Source: an uncultured Nitrospiraceae bacterium
GTDB taxonomy: Bacteria; Nitrospirota; Nitrospiria; Nitrospirales; Nitrospiraceae
NCBI GenBank assembly: GCA_963730935.1
Contig: CAVSTP010000004.1
Location: 608,001-672,000 of the forward strand
Length of the DNA stretch: 64,000 nt
Reading direction: 5' to 3'
The notes under the pieces were generated by a model. That model saw only the letters and a list, made by a program, of their open reading frames with translations. It made no database searches and had not been told where the DNA came from. Positions within the stretch are counted from its first letter, which is position 1. Each line of letters starts with the position of its first letter. This document shows positions 60,174-64,000 of the stretch, in pieces. Made by a program: the position numbers and the translations under genes.

Positions 60174-60428
60174 TTACGCCGTCAATGGAACAATGAAGCC
60201 GCCCGACTCATGAAACTGCCGCTGTTGCTGTTCGCTGAACATCACCAACGGCTCTGCATGGCAAAACTGGCATTCCTCCGCCGTCACGGAGACGGCCGCA
60301 TACCCCTGGGAGGCGACATACTCATTGGCCAACCTCAATGCCGTCGCCTCATCGCTGGTCATGACATCGAAGTGAAGCATGCGATCCGAAGCCTTCACCC
60401 AGGTATCGAACACTCTGACGGTATGCAT
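60174..60428 (-). CDS. DUF2024-like small protein
   Basis: VFDTWV...HFDV...ECQFCH...GGFI; GGAGG RBS. Confidence 0.8.
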   Translation of the reverse strand: MHTVRVFDTWVKASDRMLHFDVMTSDEATALRLANEYVASQGYAAVSVTAEECQFCHAEPLVMFSEQQQRQFHESGGFIVPLTA

Positions 60429-60611
60429 GAGAACCTCCATTAGTAAGGATTCCTATTTAACTAGCAGACCGCCGTCCTGTCGTCAAGCCCCTGCGTAGGA
60501 GGGGTGAGGTGCGTTGAACGGCATCGTCCGAGGGCTCCTCCCAGGCAATCCATCCAAGCGGATGGGCTAGGATGCCGCACACTGGGCTCACCTCTGCCAG
60601 GAGCTGATGTG

Positions 60612-61269
60612 ATGGTGAACCGTCTAAGCGGGATGCTGCGGGTAGCGGTGTGTTGTATCTTCCTCACCGCCTGCGGAGGCACGAAGGAAAGGCCGATCCA
60701 ATACATTTATCTCGCGCCTGGCGCCAGCGATGCGACCGGCGTCGGTGCTCTGCCGTTGATGGGAGGCTATGTGTATCTGATCGCCCGTGAACTCGACCGA
60801 GAGCTTCACGGGGTGTTCCTGGTCAATCTGGGCGTTCAAAGAACAGGCCCGCGTGGCGAAACAGCTCGGGACGAAAGCCGAACTGGTGACGCTCTGGACG
60901 GGTGCCAACGATCTCGTGAACGGGGACGACCCGAAACAATTTCAACAGGAATTGCGCGGGCTGCTCGGCATAGTGAAAGAAGATATTTCGCGCACGATCG
61001 TCGTAGCCAATCTACCCGATTTGATGATGCTCCCTCGCTTCCGAACGAGTCCAAGTCCGTCCGTCACTCGGGCACGCATCGAGGCCTTCAATCGCGTGAT
61101 CGCCGAGGAAACCCGCTCGGCCGGTGGTGCACTGGTCGACCTGCACGCGAGTCCCGTTCGCGACGATCTCGTCTTTGACGTGGACGGGTTTCATCCCAAT
61201 AACGCGGGCCATCAGGAGATCTCGAGACAGTTCTTGCAGGTAATTCTCCCCAAGGTGCATCGAGGATGA
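60612..61269 (+). pseudogene. Frameshifted SGNH/GDSL lipoprotein hydrolase
   Basis: Frame A: lipobox LTAC, GASDATG, VNLGV. Frame B from ~60838: GANDL and DGFHPN..GH. Confidence 0.8.
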
Positions 61270-61277
61270 GGAGCGGA

Positions 61278-62741
61278 TCAGGCGGCGGACGACGTATCCT
61301 CTGTGATCTGGTGTGCCGATAACGGAGCGGCGATCTGTTCCAACGAACGGCCTTCAGCCTTGACGCCCAGCATGAGCTCCACCACCGCGCCCACCAGCAT
61401 CAATCCAGCCCCAAGCAGATAGCCGTAAAACACACTCGTCACTGACGTTTCGATCATCCGGCCGTAGAGCCAGGGTGCGATAATGCCCGCCCCTTGCGCC
61501 ACCATAAAGAAAAAGGCGATCGCCATGGCGCGGATTTCCATCGGGAAGATCTCGCTGACGGTCAGGTAGGCGGCGCTGGCGCCGGCCGAGGCAAAAAAGA
61601 AGATCGACGACCAGGCCAATAGGTGCGTGGTCACGGTAAACGAGGCGGTCCAAAACAGGTACCCGGTCAGCGCCAGCAGCACTCCCGCCGTGGCATATGT
61701 GAAACTAATCATCTGCTTCCGGCCGATCGTGTCGAAAAATCGTCCCAACAGCAGGGGTCCGAGAAAATTCCCGAGCGCAAAGGGCAACAGATAGAGGCCG
61801 ATCGTCGTCGTCGGCACGTCGTAGTACTTGGTCAGGACGAAGGGAAATGAGAACGAGACCGCGTTGTACATGAAGGATTGCGTGATCATCAACGCCAACC
61901 CCAGCACCGTTCGCCGTGGATAGGACTGAAAGAGCTCCCGCGCCACGGTGCCTATGGTCGCGCCGTGCGGACGCGTGCGCACGGTGATCGAGCCTCTCGC
62001 TTCGGGTAGGGCCTTTAATCCTTCATCCCGCGAGACCTGGCGTTCAATGCGCGAGACAATTTCATCGGCTTCCTCAATCCGGCTGTGGGTCATGAGCCAT
62101 CGCGGACTTTCCGGGACGAATCGCCGAACCAGCACGATCGCAATGCCAAGCACCGCCCCGAAAATAAAACAGAGACGCCATCCCAACCACTCAGGAATGA
62201 TGCGTGTGTTCAGCAGGACGACGGACAGCAGGGCGCCGGTCGCCGACCCGAGCCACCAGGTGCCGTTGATCGCGAGATCCGTGTGGCCGCGGCGACGGGC
62301 AGGTATCAGTTCGTCGATCGCAGAGTTGATGGCGGCATATTCCCCTCCGATGCCGGCTCCCGTCAAAAAGCGGAAGCACATGAGGCTTGTCAGGTCCCAC
62401 GCAAACGCCGTGAGGATCGTCGCCGCCAGATACAGCAGCAACGTGATCATGAACCATTTTTTCCGTCCCTGCCGGTCCGTGAGATAGGAAAACACGAGCG
62501 CCCCAATGACCGATCCCGCGAGATAGGCCGAGGCCGCCAACCCCACCTCGGACTCCGTGAGCGCCAGCGTCGTCGGATGCGTGAGGACCGGTCCCAAGGC
62601 CGCAACGATCGAGACCTCAAGACCGTCGAGCAGCCAGGTCACCCCGAGCGCTGACACGACAAGCCAGTGCCAGTTCGACCAGGGTAAACGATCCATCCGC
62701 TGAGGAATATTCGTGACGATGAAAGGAGGGGGCTCGACCAT
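61278..62741 (-). CDS. MFS transporter (sugar porter-like)
   Basis: DRQGRK, GIGGEY, PESPRWL, DTIGRK, SEIFP..IR. Confidence 0.92.
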   Translation of the reverse strand: MVEPPPFIVTNIPQRMDRLPWSNWHWLVVSALGVTWLLDGLEVSIVAALGPVLTHPTTLALTESEVGLAASAYLAGSVIGALVFSYLTDRQGRKKWFMITLLLYLAATILTAFAWDLTSLMCFRFLTGAGIGGEYAAINSAIDELIPARRRGHTDLAINGTWWLGSATGALLSVVLLNTRIIPEWLGWRLCFIFGAVLGIAIVLVRRFVPESPRWLMTHSRIEEADEIVSRIERQVSRDEGLKALPEARGSITVRTRPHGATIGTVARELFQSYPRRTVLGLALMITQSFMYNAVSFSFPFVLTKYYDVPTTTIGLYLLPFALGNFLGPLLLGRFFDTIGRKQMISFTYATAGVLLALTGYLFWTASFTVTTHLLAWSSIFFFASAGASAAYLTVSEIFPMEIRAMAIAFFFMVAQGAGIIAPWLYGRMIETSVTSVFYGYLLGAGLMLVGAVVELMLGVKAEGRSLEQIAAPLSAHQITEDTSSAA

Positions 62742-62744
62742 CGG

Positions 62745-64000
62745 TCACCATCCCAATTGCCAGCGATGCCCGTTCCGCTCGAGCAATTGGTCTGCCTCAG
62801 TCGGCCCCCATGTCCCCGCCGTATAGAATACAGGCTCCCGCTTGCCGGCGACCAGAGGGTCGTAGAGTCGCCAGGCGGTCTCAGTAAAGTCGGCGGTGAC
62901 GAAGAGCGTTTGATCGCCGATCATGATGTCCCGCAAGAGCGTCTCATAGGCTTCAGGCAGCTCGCCTCCAAAGGCCTGCTTGTAATCGAATTGGAGCGCG
63001 CGGTTCGTGAAGCTGAATGGCCGGCCCGGAGTCTTGACTGAAAATCCCAGCGCAAACCCTTCGCTGGGCTGTAGTGTGATGATGAGTTGGTTGGGATCGA
63101 GGCTGTCGGGGTCGAGGGAGCGAAACACGAGGATGGGCGCCTGTCGAAAGATCACGGAGACCTGCGTGATCTTGCGCGGCAGACGTTTGCCTGTTCGTAG
63201 ATAGAAGGGCACGCCGCGCCAGCGCCAATTATGGATTTCCATTTTCAGGGCCACGAAGGTTTCAGTCAACGACTCCGGCGGGACGCCTTTTTCCTCCCGA
63301 TAACCGGGAATCCTGTGACCATCGAATTCCCAAGTCTGATACTGACTGAACACAACGTCACGCGGGTCGATCGGCGGAATGGAGCGCAATACTTTCAATT
63401 TCTCCGCTTGGATCGCGTCCGCGTCGAAGGACACAGGGACTTCCATGCCCACCACCGTCACCAGTTGCGTCAAATGGTTCTGGACCATATCGCGCAAGGC
63501 GCCCGCTTCGTTGTAGTAGGCCCCGCGGTGCTCGACGCCGAGATCCTCGGCCACGGTCACCTGCACGCATTCCACCGACTCGCGCTTCCAGATGGACTCA
63601 AAAATGGGATTCGCAAACCGGAAGGCCAGCAGATTTTGCACCGTTTCCTTACCCAGGTAGTGGTCGATCCGATAGATCTGCGATTCGTCGAGATAGCGGT
63701 GCAGGAGGGTATTCAATGCACGGGCCGAGTGGAAATCGTGTCCGAATGGCTTCTCGAAGACCACGCGCACCCATCCGCGGCTCTTTAGCAGGCAGGCCTG
63801 AGCAAGACGTTCGACCGCCCCCGGAACGGCCGTCGGCGGCAGGGCCAGATAGAAGACACGGTTTTCCGGCAGATTACGGGCGAGTTCCACCTGCCGGATG
63901 TACTTGCCCAGTCTCTCATAGTCTTCGGGTTCGCCTCGACCAACCGATTGGTAATGAAGATATTCATCACACCAGCGACGCAAATCCGGCGCATTGCGCG
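62745..64000 (-). CDS. zwf: Glucose-6-phosphate 1-dehydrogenase, C-terminal part (start beyond window)
   Basis: FYLALPP, EKPFG, RIDHYLGKE, RDMVQNH, RWRGVPFYLRTGK. Confidence 0.96.
   Translation of the reverse strand, partial: RNAPDLRRWCDEYLHYQSVGRGEPEDYERLGKYIRQVELARNLPENRVFYLALPPTAVPGAVERLAQACLLKSRGWVRVVFEKPFGHDFHSARALNTLLHRYLDESQIYRIDHYLGKETVQNLLAFRFANPIFESIWKRESVECVQVTVAEDLGVEHRGAYYNEAGALRDMVQNHLTQLVTVVGMEVPVSFDADAIQAEKLKVLRSIPPIDPRDVVFSQYQTWEFDGHRIPGYREEKGVPPESLTETFVALKMEIHNWRWRGVPFYLRTGKRLPRKITQVSVIFRQAPILVFRSLDPDSLDPNQLIITLQPSEGFALGFSVKTPGRPFSFTNRALQFDYKQAFGGELPEAYETLLRDIMIGDQTLFVTADFTETAWRLYDPLVAGKREPVFYTAGTWGPTEADQLLERNGHRWQLGW

Overview
GC-rich bacterial chromosomal window (roughly 60% GC by eye, not computed). 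Gene content and repeat style suggest Nitrospira/Nitrospirota, which is an inference. The first 42 kb is mostly core or semi-core: bioD (partial), putA, a fatty acid desaturase, mrp/apbC, lipA, pgm, htrA, an EF-G paralogue, radC, rsmD-coaD-aspC, tsaC-purD-purH, dnaE-accA, tag and prfC. It also holds a BON-OmpA/coiled-coil gene pair and a three-gene lysine-catabolism operon. The last 22 kb is more accessory: an hpnR-like radical SAM methylase, a Na+/H+ antiporter, many small exported proteins, an O-methyltransferase/sulfite dehydrogenase operon, an exported truncated haemoglobin, a frameshifted GDSL lipase, an MFS transporter and partial zwf. No rRNA, tRNA, CRISPR array or transposase was seen. 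Most notable observations: (1) modular palindromic intergenic elements, including two ~180-195 nt rod-like copies with compensatory changes and a 165-bp TIR element between purH and purD; (2) an EF-G paralogue with degenerate G3/G4 motifs; (3) a compact HglS/DUF1338-like enzyme in the lysine operon; (4) several sigma70 promoters placed to give leaderless mRNAs. Family assignments come from motif recognition by eye, not database searches.
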